Virus record (IMG/VR): IMGVR_UViG_3300025961_000001
Span: 3,745-67,744 of that record
Length of the DNA: 64,000 nt
Strand: one strand, 5' to 3'
DNA from: a virus
Taxonomy: Duplodnaviria; Caudoviricetes
Shown: positions 38,672-48,777 of the stretch, piece by piece
How positions within the stretch are numbered: the first letter of the stretch is position 1
How the letters are laid out: every line of letters begins with the position of its first letter
Made by a program: the position numbers and the translations under genes
The notes under the pieces: model-generated
Told to the model about the DNA's origin: nothing
The model's input: only the letters and a program-made list of their open reading frames with translations
Databases searched by the model: none

Positions 38672-38835
38672 TGTATATGGAAAACGAAGAAACCCAAGAA
38701 ATTATTAAAGAGATAAACGCTTTGATGAAAGCTCAATCAAGAGAAACCGCCAAGCTTATTTTGTGGCTAGTGACAATAAGCTCCCTGCTTGGCGGATTGG
38801 CAGGGGCTTTAGTCGTAGCCCTTTTAAAGAAATGA
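38671..38835 (+). CDS. Small single-TM protein (54 aa, not in ORF track)
   Basis: MYMENEETQEII...LILWLVTISSLLGGLAGALVVALLKK; TGATG and ATGA coupling on either side. Confidence 0.6.
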   Translation: MYMENEETQEIIKEINALMKAQSRETAKLILWLVTISSLLGGLAGALVVALLKK

Positions 38836-39041
38836 ACGCCGATCAATCCAACTTAGGTAAACTTACGAAGGTAAAGAACAAGCGGCCACGTGGCAACGAA
38901 CAGAAGGAATATCTGGCCACGAAACTAGAATTCCCCGAGCACGGTGTACAGGACCTAATGTTTCGCCCGGACGAACTTATACGCCCCCTTAAGCGAGCGC
39001 TTAGACAGAAAGACGATTTACCAGCTAGCAACTCAAACTAA
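38832..39041 (+). CDS. Hypothetical protein
   Basis: ATG coupled to upstream stop. Confidence 0.6.
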   Translation: MNADQSNLGKLTKVKNKRPRGNEQKEYLATKLEFPEHGVQDLMFRPDELIRPLKRALRQKDDLPASNSN

Positions 39042-39047
39042 AAACCT

Positions 39048-39848
39048 ATGAGCCATTGGTACAAACCGAATCCAGATGGAACAATAACTACGCATCACGA
39101 TTCAGATTTGCGTGATGCTCGAAAGATGGGGCTTTACTGCTCAATCACTACGATAGAAAAAGCAATTCGAGTAAACCCTGGACTTACCAGGTGGATGGAG
39201 GGGGAGATCATTAAGGCAACCATCGCTTATCCAAAGATGGAGTGGGAGGACCTCAAGGCTTACGTAGATCGAATTAAGAAAGCGTCTGGAAAGATTGCCG
39301 AGACTGCCGCCGATTTTGGTACGAGATTGCATGATGCGCTCCAGCATTTTCCTCAGTATCCAATGGACCTCCAGATTATCCCATACTTTGAAAAATATGC
39401 TGCTTGGCATGACGCTAACATCGTAGAGATTATTGGATCTGAGCTCGTGCTAGCCAATGATCAGATAGCGGTAGCTGGAACCCTAGATAAAGTTGTCAGG
39501 CACAAGACACACGGACTCCTGGTCATCGACTACAAATCTCAGGACGTAAAAGCCAAACCGGCTTTCTATTCAAGTTGGGCAAGACAATTAAGTTTCTATG
39601 CCAAAACATGGGCCAAGAAGAACTGCTGCGAAACGCCTAGGCTTATGTCGCTAATCGTCGATAGCAACGAACCAAAGGCTCCAATAGCTCAGCTATGGTC
39701 GGATGAGGATGCCGAGAAAGCATGGAAGGAGACTGTTGCTCATGCTTGGCTGTGGGCTGCTGAGCGCGACTTTTGGGCAAACGGACCGTGGGAGATCGCG
39801 GATGTGCTCAACGAAACAGCGGACTTTCAAAACGACATACCTGTATGA
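39048..39848 (+). CDS. PD-(D/E)XK RecB/Cas4-like exonuclease
   Basis: GTRLH, SELVL, AGTLD, IDYKS, QLSFY. Confidence 0.85.
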   Translation: MSHWYKPNPDGTITTHHDSDLRDARKMGLYCSITTIEKAIRVNPGLTRWMEGEIIKATIAYPKMEWEDLKAYVDRIKKASGKIAETAADFGTRLHDALQHFPQYPMDLQIIPYFEKYAAWHDANIVEIIGSELVLANDQIAVAGTLDKVVRHKTHGLLVIDYKSQDVKAKPAFYSSWARQLSFYAKTWAKKNCCETPRLMSLIVDSNEPKAPIAQLWSDEDAEKAWKETVAHAWLWAAERDFWANGPWEIADVLNETADFQNDIPV

Positions 39849-40123
39849 ATCGGCGCAAACGAATAGCCACGAACCGCACGGAGTTCAGCCGGTACGTTGA
39901 CGACAATCCTACCTGCATCCCAGAATGGGAGGAACTTCGATTGGCGTACTTCGGTAAGAAACATGGGCAGAGACCAGCATTCGGGTTTTACATTCGCTCG
40001 TACTACGCGGATAAGTTTCTGATCAAGTACGATAGTTGGTGGTTAAACCATCCTGAGCTCTGGAGCGGAGGAGTAAATCAAGATATCTTAGCCAATGCAC
40101 ACACAACCCGTTCAGTCGCGTGA
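39845..40123 (+). CDS. Hypothetical protein
   Basis: ATGA-coupled. Confidence 0.55.
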   Translation: MNRRKRIATNRTEFSRYVDDNPTCIPEWEELRLAYFGKKHGQRPAFGFYIRSYYADKFLIKYDSWWLNHPELWSGGVNQDILANAHTTRSVA

Positions 40124-40403
40124 ACCAGGGGAACCCAAGATCTATACTCCATACTCGAATCCTTTGACGTGGAACATAGAATCAAGCTCGTCTGCGCATG
40201 AATCTCATATGGTTGATCTTGGCGCATATGGATGTCGAGGGGAGTGCTCTTGCATATATTGGCGAACAACTGTTGGGCCGAAAGTGAAGAAGGGTCAGTG
40301 GGTTACATGTAAGCATATTAATTTGGCTAAAATGCGAATGACGGATTGGGTTATAAGGGAGTTTGCCAAGCGAGACACAAACACTAAATCTGAACACCTG
40401 TGA
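40095..40403 (+). CDS. SWIM zinc-finger protein
   Basis: H.VDL....GECSC..W...CKHI. Confidence 0.65.
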   Translation: MHTQPVQSREPGEPKIYTPYSNPLTWNIESSSSAHESHMVDLGAYGCRGECSCIYWRTTVGPKVKKGQWVTCKHINLAKMRMTDWVIREFAKRDTNTKSEHL

Positions 40404-40744
40404 AACGATCGCCACTAAATAGAAGCACAAAGCCACTTAAGCGGACGCAGCTAAAGCGCGTGTCCAAACATATGTCTGCCGCGCTAAAGGAATACTATGC
40501 GCTACGTAAGGACTACCTGGCAGAGCATCCATTTTGTGAGTGCCAGTGGGCACTTCTCGACGATTCGTCATTCGTAGTATCTGGGGATCCATGCCAAGAA
40601 GCTTCCAGTGAGATTCACCACATGAAACGAAGGGGAAAATACCTCAACGATACCTATACCTGGATGGCTGTTTGCCGCGACCATCACACTGCAATAGAAA
40701 GACACGCAACCGCCGCACGAAAAGTCGGACTTATTTTAACATGA
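40400..40744 (+). CDS. HNH nuclease-like protein
   Basis: HPFCE..C...EIHH..RR...WMAVCRDHH. Confidence 0.75.
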   Translation: MKRSPLNRSTKPLKRTQLKRVSKHMSAALKEYYALRKDYLAEHPFCECQWALLDDSSFVVSGDPCQEASSEIHHMKRRGKYLNDTYTWMAVCRDHHTAIERHATAARKVGLILT

Positions 40745-41085
40745 TTCAACCAATTCAACCAATCAATATCGTTACAAAGAAAACGCTGCGTGAGACAGTC
40801 CGCGCACAGAAAGCGGCCATCCAAAAGCTAGAGGGAAACCTGCGCATTCTCCTAGTTATGATCGAAGCAGTGCGCTCAGAGTACAACTTATCGCAAGAGA
40901 AGGTTGAGGAGATCACCAGCAAGTTCATCAACGCTCACGTAGAACGAGACGCCGAAGGAAAGATAGACATGTCGGAGTTTTTGGGCGCGGCTGACGGCAT
41001 GAAGGAACAGTTGATTAAGCTCAAAGAAACCATTGCGAACGGAGAGATACCACCTATCGTTAAACCTGAACAAAAACCAGAATGA
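40741..41085 (+). CDS. Hypothetical protein
   Basis: ATGA-coupled. Confidence 0.6.
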   Translation: MIQPIQPINIVTKKTLRETVRAQKAAIQKLEGNLRILLVMIEAVRSEYNLSQEKVEEITSKFINAHVERDAEGKIDMSEFLGAADGMKEQLIKLKETIANGEIPPIVKPEQKPE

Positions 41086-41267
41086 AGACCGCCGACAATC
41101 TTAAGAGGGCATTGGAATATTGCGAAAAGCAAATGCGGTGTATTTGGGGTGACGATACGCTATCCCGCGATTATCAGGAAATACATAGACAATGGGCAAT
41201 TGAAACAGCTAAGAAAGCTATTACCGAATACGAAGCAGATAAGACAATGCTGGAGACAAAACCATGA
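41082..41267 (+). CDS. Hypothetical protein
   Basis: ATGA-coupled. Confidence 0.55.
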   Translation: MKTADNLKRALEYCEKQMRCIWGDDTLSRDYQEIHRQWAIETAKKAITEYEADKTMLETKP

Positions 41268-41542
41268 GCATGACGCTAGGCCAACAGCAAGCAATGGTAG
41301 AAGCGATGGAACAGCTAGAGAAACATCTAGCGCACGCCACCATGTCTCACCGAGTCTGCATGGTAATGGCTGAAGCACTACGCCAAAAGCTATGCATGTC
41401 CCGGTTAGAGGTAGAGAAACTAATGGACGAGTTTGCTCGTGAAAACGCGGTAAGCATACGCGAGGAGTTATCGCTAGAGTACAAGGACGGAGTGTTTACG
41501 CCCGCTGGCGTGAGTGCGCCGATTGATCCAGAAAGGAACTAA
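41264..41542 (+). CDS. Hypothetical protein
   Basis: ATGA-coupled. Confidence 0.6.
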   Translation: MSMTLGQQQAMVEAMEQLEKHLAHATMSHRVCMVMAEALRQKLCMSRLEVEKLMDEFARENAVSIREELSLEYKDGVFTPAGVSAPIDPERN

Positions 41543-41543
41543 G

Positions 41544-42062
41544 ATGAGCGAAGAGTGGTACGACATTCCTGGTAGGGATGGTTATAAAATAACCCGCACT
41601 GGATTGGTTAAGCGCATGGCGTTTGAAACGCGGCATAGATCCGGTGGTGTGTGCAGAATAAAAGAACGCATTCTTAGAATGAACCTCGATACTAACGGGT
41701 ATCCCTATTACTCCATGATGGGAACAACGGTGAATGTTCATAGGCTTCTAGCGATCACATTTATCCCAAATCCTGAAGAGTTAGAGCAGGTCAATCACAA
41801 GAACGGAATCAAGACAGATATTGATCTAGATAACCTTGAGTGGTGTACACCCACACAAAACCTCCAGCATAGGTGTTGGGTACTCGGTCATAACCTTGGA
41901 GAGAAATGCCCGATGGCTAAGTTCAATACCAGTGAAGTTTTAGAAATGAGAAATGCGTGGGCGAACGGGGAATCTCAAGTGTCCATTGCTAAGCGCTACA
42001 ACACCTACCAGTCTACCGTACAGAAGATCGTTAATCGCATTTCCTGGGCACACGTCGCATGA
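41544..42062 (+). CDS. NUMOD4-HNH homing endonuclease
   Basis: EEWYDIPG..GYKI...G.V, VHRLLA..FIPNP...VNHKNG.K.D....NLEW, C-terminal HTH. Confidence 0.9.
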   Translation: MSEEWYDIPGRDGYKITRTGLVKRMAFETRHRSGGVCRIKERILRMNLDTNGYPYYSMMGTTVNVHRLLAITFIPNPEELEQVNHKNGIKTDIDLDNLEWCTPTQNLQHRCWVLGHNLGEKCPMAKFNTSEVLEMRNAWANGESQVSIAKRYNTYQSTVQKIVNRISWAHVA

Positions 42063-43966
42063 ATTTGGAACAAGTAAGCCTGGTTCATGATGCCTTAGCC
42101 GAAGGGGATTGGATAGCTGCCGCATGTCTTGCACTACGTGCGGACGAGGTTGACGTGGTGGTTACCGAAAAGAAGGAAGCCGAGCTTGTGATTAGGACAC
42201 TTCTCCAGAACCTACTGGATTCCGATGATTATCTCGTAGCCGCTGGTTTGCTCTGGAGTAGAACGCAGTTTGACCCGCGACCGAGCGTAACACAGGACAT
42301 ATTCAAAGCCATTCATGAGAACAATCGACTTCTCATTATGGCTGGATCTTCGCTATCTAAGACCTATTCCGCTGGTGTCTACCTAACTTTGGATTTCTTG
42401 CGAGACCCGCTGTACACCAATATTAAGCTCGTTTCGGCGAACGAGGACAACCTAAGAAAGAACCTTCACTCCCACATTTCGGCGCTATTTAAGACTATGG
42501 CAATACCTATGACGCATGAACTTATCGTGCGCGATTCAGATCTCACAATTAGCGTTAAAGGGTGGATAGCAGAGATGGGTATTTCAGGCATTGCGATTAA
42601 GCAGGGTGTCATTTCTTCTGGTGGACTACGTGGACATAAGCCCAAGCCCCTTAGGAAGTTAGAGCATAAACGATTCGGTATGTCCTCGCGGGTAAGGATA
42701 CTCATCGACGAAGCTCAGGATTCCCCGGCTGCTGCGTTCGGTGACCTTCAAACCTCGGAAGCATCCATGGATGGGCTTGATCTAATCAAGATCATTTCCT
42801 GTTTTAACCCAGTGGATTTATCCAAGAAGGTTGTGGAAATGGCGGAGCCGATTGAGGGATGGCATCCAGAACAACTGGAGACGCTGCACTACTACCAGGC
42901 TAAATCGGGGTATCAGGTGCTTAGATTGGATGCCGCGAGATTCGAGAACGTAGTTCAGAGAAAAGTGGTCTATCCAAATTTCTTCACGTACCAAGCCTAC
43001 CTAGGCTTCATGCGCGGAGGGGACAACAGCGCGGCCTACTACGTGGCTAGAGGATTTCCCCCCATGAAGGATAGCGCCAATACAGTAATTCCTCCCGAGT
43101 GGCTACAAACACAAAGAGGAGAAGCAGTCTACGTGTCTGCGGTAAAGAACCTGCTCTCGGCTGACTTAGCATTTCAAGGAAGAGACAAAGCGGTGATGGT
43201 TCTGGCGCGATGGGGCCTAGCTGCTGGCTGGCGTAAAGAGCGCGGAGAAATGGTGTTCTTTGAGGACAGGCTTAACCCTGGAGAGCGGAAGGCTAGACAC
43301 GTACTGACGATAGATCAAGTTTTCATCCTACCAAAAAGTGACGACACAGTAACCATGACTCAGGAACTTATGGGCCGCGCTAAGCAACTCATGGTTGATC
43401 CTGAAAACGTCTGCCTTGATATGACCGGAAACGCTCTAGGTGTTTGGTCCCACACTACGAAGTTCTGGGGCAATGTACTCGGTATTAATTGGGGCGAGAA
43501 AGCTACGGAGCTCAGAGTTTTGTCTGACGACATGGGAACGGCGAACGACGTCTACGACAACTTGCCCACAGAGCTATGGTTTTCGTTTAAGCGCTGGCTA
43601 GACCCGCGAGTTTGCGGCATACTGATCAATCCGATTATACCGACTACGCCGCTATACCGGCAGCTTAGCTCTCGGCGTTACTCTACGGTCAAGGATCACA
43701 AGAGCCGTGTAGAGTCCAAGGACAATTACCGTGCTCGTAATGGTGGAATTTCACCAGATGAGGCGGACGCATTTATAATGCTTCCGCATCTCATAAGGAG
43801 TCGATTCCCAACCATCCCCGGAATGATGGAAGCTTCAAGTAAAAAGCTACCGACCGGAAACGAAACCGACAGCAATACGGTCTCCCATAAAACGCTCGAT
43901 CAGCCAGACTATTTATTCGATGAGAATGACCAGCACGCTCAGGATACACTAGACTACGTAGAATAA
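42059..43966 (+). CDS. terL: Terminase large subunit
   Basis: Variant Walker A AGSSLSKT, Walker B ILIDEAQ, FNP coupling motif, nuclease ADLAFQGRD, D.TG, ESK...SPDEADA. Confidence 0.85.
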   Translation: MNLEQVSLVHDALAEGDWIAAACLALRADEVDVVVTEKKEAELVIRTLLQNLLDSDDYLVAAGLLWSRTQFDPRPSVTQDIFKAIHENNRLLIMAGSSLSKTYSAGVYLTLDFLRDPLYTNIKLVSANEDNLRKNLHSHISALFKTMAIPMTHELIVRDSDLTISVKGWIAEMGISGIAIKQGVISSGGLRGHKPKPLRKLEHKRFGMSSRVRILIDEAQDSPAAAFGDLQTSEASMDGLDLIKIISCFNPVDLSKKVVEMAEPIEGWHPEQLETLHYYQAKSGYQVLRLDAARFENVVQRKVVYPNFFTYQAYLGFMRGGDNSAAYYVARGFPPMKDSANTVIPPEWLQTQRGEAVYVSAVKNLLSADLAFQGRDKAVMVLARWGLAAGWRKERGEMVFFEDRLNPGERKARHVLTIDQVFILPKSDDTVTMTQELMGRAKQLMVDPENVCLDMTGNALGVWSHTTKFWGNVLGINWGEKATELRVLSDDMGTANDVYDNLPTELWFSFKRWLDPRVCGILINPIIPTTPLYRQLSSRRYSTVKDHKSRVESKDNYRARNGGISPDEADAFIMLPHLIRSRFPTIPGMMEASSKKLPTGNETDSNTVSHKTLDQPDYLFDENDQHAQDTLDYVE

Positions 43967-43967
43967 A

Positions 43968-44393
43968 ATGACACCAGAAAAACAAGCTTGGTTAGACCTT
44001 AACCGTAGGTGCTCGGACAAGAACTGGCCTAGGTATAAAGACTGGGGTGGGCGCGGAATCTCAGTGTATCCTCGCTGGGTTTACGACTATGAGGATTTTC
44101 TTGCTCACGTTGGATTTAGGCCGAGTCCAGAGCACAGCATAGACAGGATTTCGAATGATGGAAATTATGTGCCTGGAAACGTAAAGTGGTCTACCAGAAA
44201 AGAGCAGCGGGCGAACAGGCGTGAATCTAATTTTAAGACTGGAACGTATTTCTACGAGAACGTTAAAGGTTCATTTAGTGGCGTGTGTAAAAGCGTAGGA
44301 GTGTGCGCCGTTTCAGTTAAGCGAAGGATGCGGCTATTTGGGTGGACGTTTTCTCAGGCCATATTTTATTTCGTCCAAAAGAAAAGCTGGTAG
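43968..44393 (+). CDS. HNH-type endonuclease-like protein
   Basis: RRC...YKDWGGRGI.V..RW...FL.HVG.RPS..HSIDRISNDGNYVPGNVKWST. Confidence 0.85.
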   Translation: MTPEKQAWLDLNRRCSDKNWPRYKDWGGRGISVYPRWVYDYEDFLAHVGFRPSPEHSIDRISNDGNYVPGNVKWSTRKEQRANRRESNFKTGTYFYENVKGSFSGVCKSVGVCAVSVKRRMRLFGWTFSQAIFYFVQKKSW

Positions 44394-44395
44394 CC

Positions 44396-44965
44396 GTGAT
44401 TAAGCTAAGACGAGATTATCCAAAGGCCCCACCGGGTGGATGGAACTACCAAGACCCTTCCGGTGTTGTGATAACTAGCTCAAGCCTCGATGGTCTTTTA
44501 GAGGAGATCTCCAGCTTCAGGCTTAAAAACTCTTTGCCGCCGGGAAGGCCAGAGTATGAGCTTACCCTTTATTTCGTGGAACGGTATCCCGATTTCGTGG
44601 AACGCACGGATAAGCCTATCGATGAACCAACTAAGACCATCGAAGATCGATTAACCGATTTTACTAATAAGCTCTGGAGATCTCCGCCAGGTAAGCTTAT
44701 CCCGCTCAAGCTGGCAATCAAGCGCATTGAAACCTGTATGGCTTGCCCGCACAGGAGAGACTGGAGCTCTAGCAACGACGACCAGGACAAAGAAATTGTG
44801 CGTAAGCTAGTGATCCTGAGCCAAGGTGGTTACCGCGCAGAGCTTGGGTATTGTGCCGCGTTTCGCGCTCACCCTGGGCTGCTCGTACTTATCAAAGAGC
44901 CTGACGTTAGAAATCCCCCCATGGAGTGTTGGGTGTCCCGGCCTGATAGCCTCGTTGACGAATAG
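44396..44965 (+). CDS. Cys-containing hypothetical protein
   Basis: PPGGWNY, R...CMACPH, GYC, ECW; GTG start just after upstream stop. Confidence 0.65.
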   Translation: MIKLRRDYPKAPPGGWNYQDPSGVVITSSSLDGLLEEISSFRLKNSLPPGRPEYELTLYFVERYPDFVERTDKPIDEPTKTIEDRLTDFTNKLWRSPPGKLIPLKLAIKRIETCMACPHRRDWSSSNDDQDKEIVRKLVILSQGGYRAELGYCAAFRAHPGLLVLIKEPDVRNPPMECWVSRPDSLVDE

Positions 44966-44985
44966 GTGATACGCTTGGCCGCATT

Positions 44986-45174
44986 ATGGTCGAAAGTTTA
45001 ATCGCTATTCTAATCGTTGGGTTGATCCTCGCTTTGATTTACTTCATTGCTACAAAACTACCGTTTATGGGTGGAGTCCCGCTTCAGATACTGGGAATAA
45101 TCCTAGCTATAGTTTGGATTATTTACGCCCTTGATAGGATCGGTATTCTAGGCAGTACGCACGTCAGGCTTTAG
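44986..45174 (+). CDS. Small two-TM membrane protein
   Basis: Two very hydrophobic helices separated by LPF.GG. Confidence 0.7.
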   Translation: MVESLIAILIVGLILALIYFIATKLPFMGGVPLQILGIILAIVWIIYALDRIGILGSTHVRL

Positions 45175-45366
45175 CCACGGAATGTCTATTTCCTTCGGCA
45201 TTCGCCTAACCAGTATGGTAGTTATTGCCGCCGAGTACTCAGCCCAGTCTTTTTCATCTGGGTTGGGCTTATTCCACGGTCGCATGAGGGCCTCATGAAT
45301 CCACTGTTGGCTATGGTTTGGATTTGCGGCTATGATATCTCTGATATCGTCTCTTTTAAATGACAT
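45148..45366 (-). CDS. Hypothetical protein
   Basis: ATG start after AT-rich gap. Confidence 0.5.
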   Translation of the reverse strand: MSFKRDDIRDIIAANPNHSQQWIHEALMRPWNKPNPDEKDWAEYSAAITTILVRRMPKEIDIPWLKPDVRTA

Positions 45367-45391
45367 AAGTTATTGAATATTAAGCACTTGA

Positions 45392-48300
45392 TCAATTCAT
45401 ATTATCAAGTGATATGCGAAACGGAGCACCACCCACACGGAATGAACCCGTATAAGACCATCCTTTTTGTCCGGTTGGATCTGGAGGAGAGTAGAAACCA
45501 CCATAGATAGTTACGCCGCGAGCGGAGTCGTAGATTGCGCCGCGACTCACGCCGCCAAACTGGATGCCGTGAATGATGTTTTGGCTGTAGTCTCCGATGT
45601 GGAGTGCTAGGTTTCGGGTGGCAACGCAGGCGCAAACTGGGTCCTGAATTCTCTTGTCGGTGATCTTTCGGTACATGCCGCCGATTACGCCGCGATTTCC
45701 AGCAAACCTGGTGACGTAGGAATAGACTGCGCGGTCTGCGCGGGCTACGGCGAAGAAACTCTGACCGAAGGCTTGAGGGTTCTGCCCTTCGTCCATGACG
45801 CCAGCGGCTTGGACTTGGCCGTAGTAGGAGTCAAAGCGGGACCAGAACATTTGGGTGATGTTGCAGCCCACTGAGCCGACCTGGAATGAACCATAGATCT
45901 GGACGGGAGCGCCGGAGAAGTAGCCAAACTTGTACCTATCCATGAAGGGCGCAATGGAACAGACGTGAACTAGCCCGGACTCTGTGCCGATTAGGATCTT
46001 TTCAAAGTCTGCAGACCAATCGCCAAAGTGAGAGTTGGTTAATCCACCTGAAGCTAATAGGCACGTAGGCTTAGTTACCTTAGCCGAGTAAACAAGGGTA
46101 GGCTTTAGGCCAGCGTTGCCACCCTGCCAGTTTGAGGGGAACGTGCCAGCGTTCATCGCGTTCTGCGTGGCCTGCCAGGTTGTCTGGTCTGGCTCTAGGT
46201 ACTTATTCCAGATGTCCAGGATAAAGGCTGTGCAATCGTAGACCAAGAATTCTCCTTCGGTTTTAGAAGCTACGGCAATGCATCCAGAGCGAGCAAATGA
46301 AGAGTACGTGCCAGAATTATCCAGGGAACTATTGCGGTAGCCTGCGCGTTGGCCCGCGTCAGCTAGGTTGATTAGGCCGGGATCTGGATTGACCGGCTTA
46401 AGCGTAGCGTCTGTGGCCATGCAGATAGACGTTGGAAAGTTAACGCGCACACCATCCATGTTGAAGAGATCGAACTCATCAATGCGCTGGCACTTGGTCC
46501 AAGAGCCTTCGTTACTAAAGCCGATGTAGGGAGGACTGTGCCCGGGTAGGCCCCAACCTTGCATAGCGAATACGACAACCTTGGCTACGTGGCGATTGGT
46601 ATCCCAGACGATAGAGGCTTTGAACTCGTTCATCGTTGAGATAGCGAATGGTCCGGGGACTTCGCCGGGAAGAAAACCTCCTACGGGAACAGGAAACTTA
46701 TCTCCATCGCGGGAAGTATCGAGTGGCTGAGTTGTGCCCGCGCCGTAAGCATCGTCAATCCAGGCTTCCGAAGAGTTGATGAAGTTGGCTCGGTCTGACC
46801 AGATTGGGTTACTAGGAAGTCGGCTAAGAGCGGTAGCTAGGGGCTCTCCTGCTGCGCCGTAAGGGTCCTGGCGCTTGTAGAGATGGGCGTATAGGGTCCA
46901 TAGCGTAGAATCGCGCAGGAAGCCCCCAGAATTGCGCTTAGGCTGTAGGGCAAAGCAGAGGTTATACTGAGCTGAGCCTTGGAACTTATCCAGGCCGCAG
47001 TGATTGATGCGGTCCTCGGAGTGGAATGTAACTGTGCCGCCGTCTGAGTTGTAGTCTCCACCCTGGAGGCTCATCCAGTAATCGTCGTTAAGCCGGATAG
47101 TCCTTTGCCGGTGATCCAGCATGAGGAGGTTGCGGATATATGGATCTGGATTCCAGTTGGCGGGGTCGTTGGGATCTACGCAATAGTTTGGTAGGCCAAA
47201 AAAGTAATTGTTAACACCTGGATCAACGGCGGGGTGAGTTGGCCCGTCTGTGCGCGGGATGACTTGCGCGGCGCAGTTAACGGGGTGCATGTCATGCCCT
47301 GGGTCCTGGAGAGATCCGTCGATAGGGGGCACGGGCACACCTTCGCCAAGCCTATCGTAGATCTGAGAGTCGTACTTGAGCTCTTTAGTGAATAGCTCGT
47401 CTCGATCCTCGGTGCCGTTAGGGTTCTTCTCCTGCCAGGTTGGACCCCAGTGGCGCGACCAGGCGCGGGGATCCTCGGTCTTCCAATAGGCTGCGTAGCC
47501 TGCCGCGTTTACAGCGCCGTCCTGATTGCGCGCTACAGGCATACTGGCTACGGGCTTAAGAGCGTACTTCATGCCCATAGCGTCGCCATTCGCTAGTGCC
47601 GCGATTCCTTCGTACCAAGGATGTACGCCGTCAAACTGTTGATCTGGGTGGGTGGTGAAGTGAACGAAGAGCGAGCGATTGCCCTGCCGGATAGTAGTCT
47701 GGTTGCAGACCTGATCCAACATTGGCAGGTAGGACTCCAAGAGCTGCAAGCTAGCCTTGGTCCATAGCCCATTATAGGATCCCTCCTGGATATTGATCGG
47801 GTATTGCAGGACTACGGTCTGTTCGCCTTCGGTGACCAATGCCTGGCAGATAGCCTGCATCTTGGCCTTGAAGACTTCTTTGACTAAGGCTACGCCTACC
47901 TTGGAATCGTTGTGCCCGAAGCGCACAAGGGTAACCTTAGCGCCTGACGCCTTAATCGCGGCACACTTAGCTGAGAGGAGTCCTGGAGTATCGACAATGT
48001 AAGCCGAGGATGCGCCGTCTACGGAAGCATTGATCTTAAGGGTACAGGTTTCGCCTGTGGCGGTGGTTGCTGCCGCTGCCACGAGGTCGGCGGGGTTACC
48101 CTGGCCACTCTTATCAAAGTACATTGAATCGCCCATTAGCGCGAAAGGAATAGGCCCTGCCGCGTAAGGTAGGGGTACGTCTAGGATAGGACCTGAAGGA
48201 ATAACTGGCGGTGGATCGTAAGGAGGTGGACCCGGATCTACTGGAGGAGGAGGTGGTGGCGGCGGAGTAACGGGAGGAGGAGTAACAGGACCGCCCGCGC

Positions 48301-48703
48301 CTCCAGCGCCGCCTCCGCCTGTACCTGGGACTACACCTGCAACAATCGAGAGAGTTAACGTAGCCGAGACTACCCAAGAGTTAGGAGCCTTCCGCATGTC
48401 ACACGCAGCTCTCAGGGTATAGGTGCCTTCTTCGTTAAAGGTATAGGTGCCCTGCTTAATCGAGATGGATCTATTGCCGCCTAGAATGCCTTCACTCCAA
48501 CTCCAAGCTTGTCTGTTCTCCGAATCCGTTAGCGTGATGTAGTGGCTTTTAAGATCTCCGTCCGCGTCTGTGGCGACTGATTCAAACTTTAAGGTTGAGC
48601 CTTTGGAGAACTGTGTTTCCTGCTGAATCGGAAGGAGGTACACCTGCACATTCGGCTGACTTGGTACGTGCGGCGGCTTTTTTTTGTCAGTAGGAGGAGG
48701 CAT
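45392..48703 (-). CDS. Large modular protein: Ig/PKD-like domain, Pro-rich linker, SGNH hydrolase, beta-rich C-terminal domain
   Basis: ATDADGDL...YTF...GTYTL; poly-Pro; MGDSM, G, FGHND, DGVHP SGNH blocks. Confidence 0.75.
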   Translation of the reverse strand: MPPPTDKKKPPHVPSQPNVQVYLLPIQQETQFSKGSTLKFESVATDADGDLKSHYITLTDSENRQAWSWSEGILGGNRSISIKQGTYTFNEEGTYTLRAACDMRKAPNSWVVSATLTLSIVAGVVPGTGGGGAGGAGGPVTPPPVTPPPPPPPPVDPGPPPYDPPPVIPSGPILDVPLPYAAGPIPFALMGDSMYFDKSGQGNPADLVAAAATTATGETCTLKINASVDGASSAYIVDTPGLLSAKCAAIKASGAKVTLVRFGHNDSKVGVALVKEVFKAKMQAICQALVTEGEQTVVLQYPINIQEGSYNGLWTKASLQLLESYLPMLDQVCNQTTIRQGNRSLFVHFTTHPDQQFDGVHPWYEGIAALANGDAMGMKYALKPVASMPVARNQDGAVNAAGYAAYWKTEDPRAWSRHWGPTWQEKNPNGTEDRDELFTKELKYDSQIYDRLGEGVPVPPIDGSLQDPGHDMHPVNCAAQVIPRTDGPTHPAVDPGVNNYFFGLPNYCVDPNDPANWNPDPYIRNLLMLDHRQRTIRLNDDYWMSLQGGDYNSDGGTVTFHSEDRINHCGLDKFQGSAQYNLCFALQPKRNSGGFLRDSTLWTLYAHLYKRQDPYGAAGEPLATALSRLPSNPIWSDRANFINSSEAWIDDAYGAGTTQPLDTSRDGDKFPVPVGGFLPGEVPGPFAISTMNEFKASIVWDTNRHVAKVVVFAMQGWGLPGHSPPYIGFSNEGSWTKCQRIDEFDLFNMDGVRVNFPTSICMATDATLKPVNPDPGLINLADAGQRAGYRNSSLDNSGTYSSFARSGCIAVASKTEGEFLVYDCTAFILDIWNKYLEPDQTTWQATQNAMNAGTFPSNWQGGNAGLKPTLVYSAKVTKPTCLLASGGLTNSHFGDWSADFEKILIGTESGLVHVCSIAPFMDRYKFGYFSGAPVQIYGSFQVGSVGCNITQMFWSRFDSYYGQVQAAGVMDEGQNPQAFGQSFFAVARADRAVYSYVTRFAGNRGVIGGMYRKITDKRIQDPVCACVATRNLALHIGDYSQNIIHGIQFGGVSRGAIYDSARGVTIYGGFYSPPDPTGQKGWSYTGSFRVGGAPFRISLDNMN

Positions 48704-48777
48704 AAGCTGAGTGTTTGTTAACGGAGCATAGTACCACCGAACCGCGCACAGCAAGGGTGTTCCCTCATAGTTTACGG

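Noticed and set aside
39048-39848. Cas4-like nuclease as sign of a CRISPR system
   Set aside because: No repeat-spacer array or other cas genes; context next to SSB indicates a recombination exonuclease
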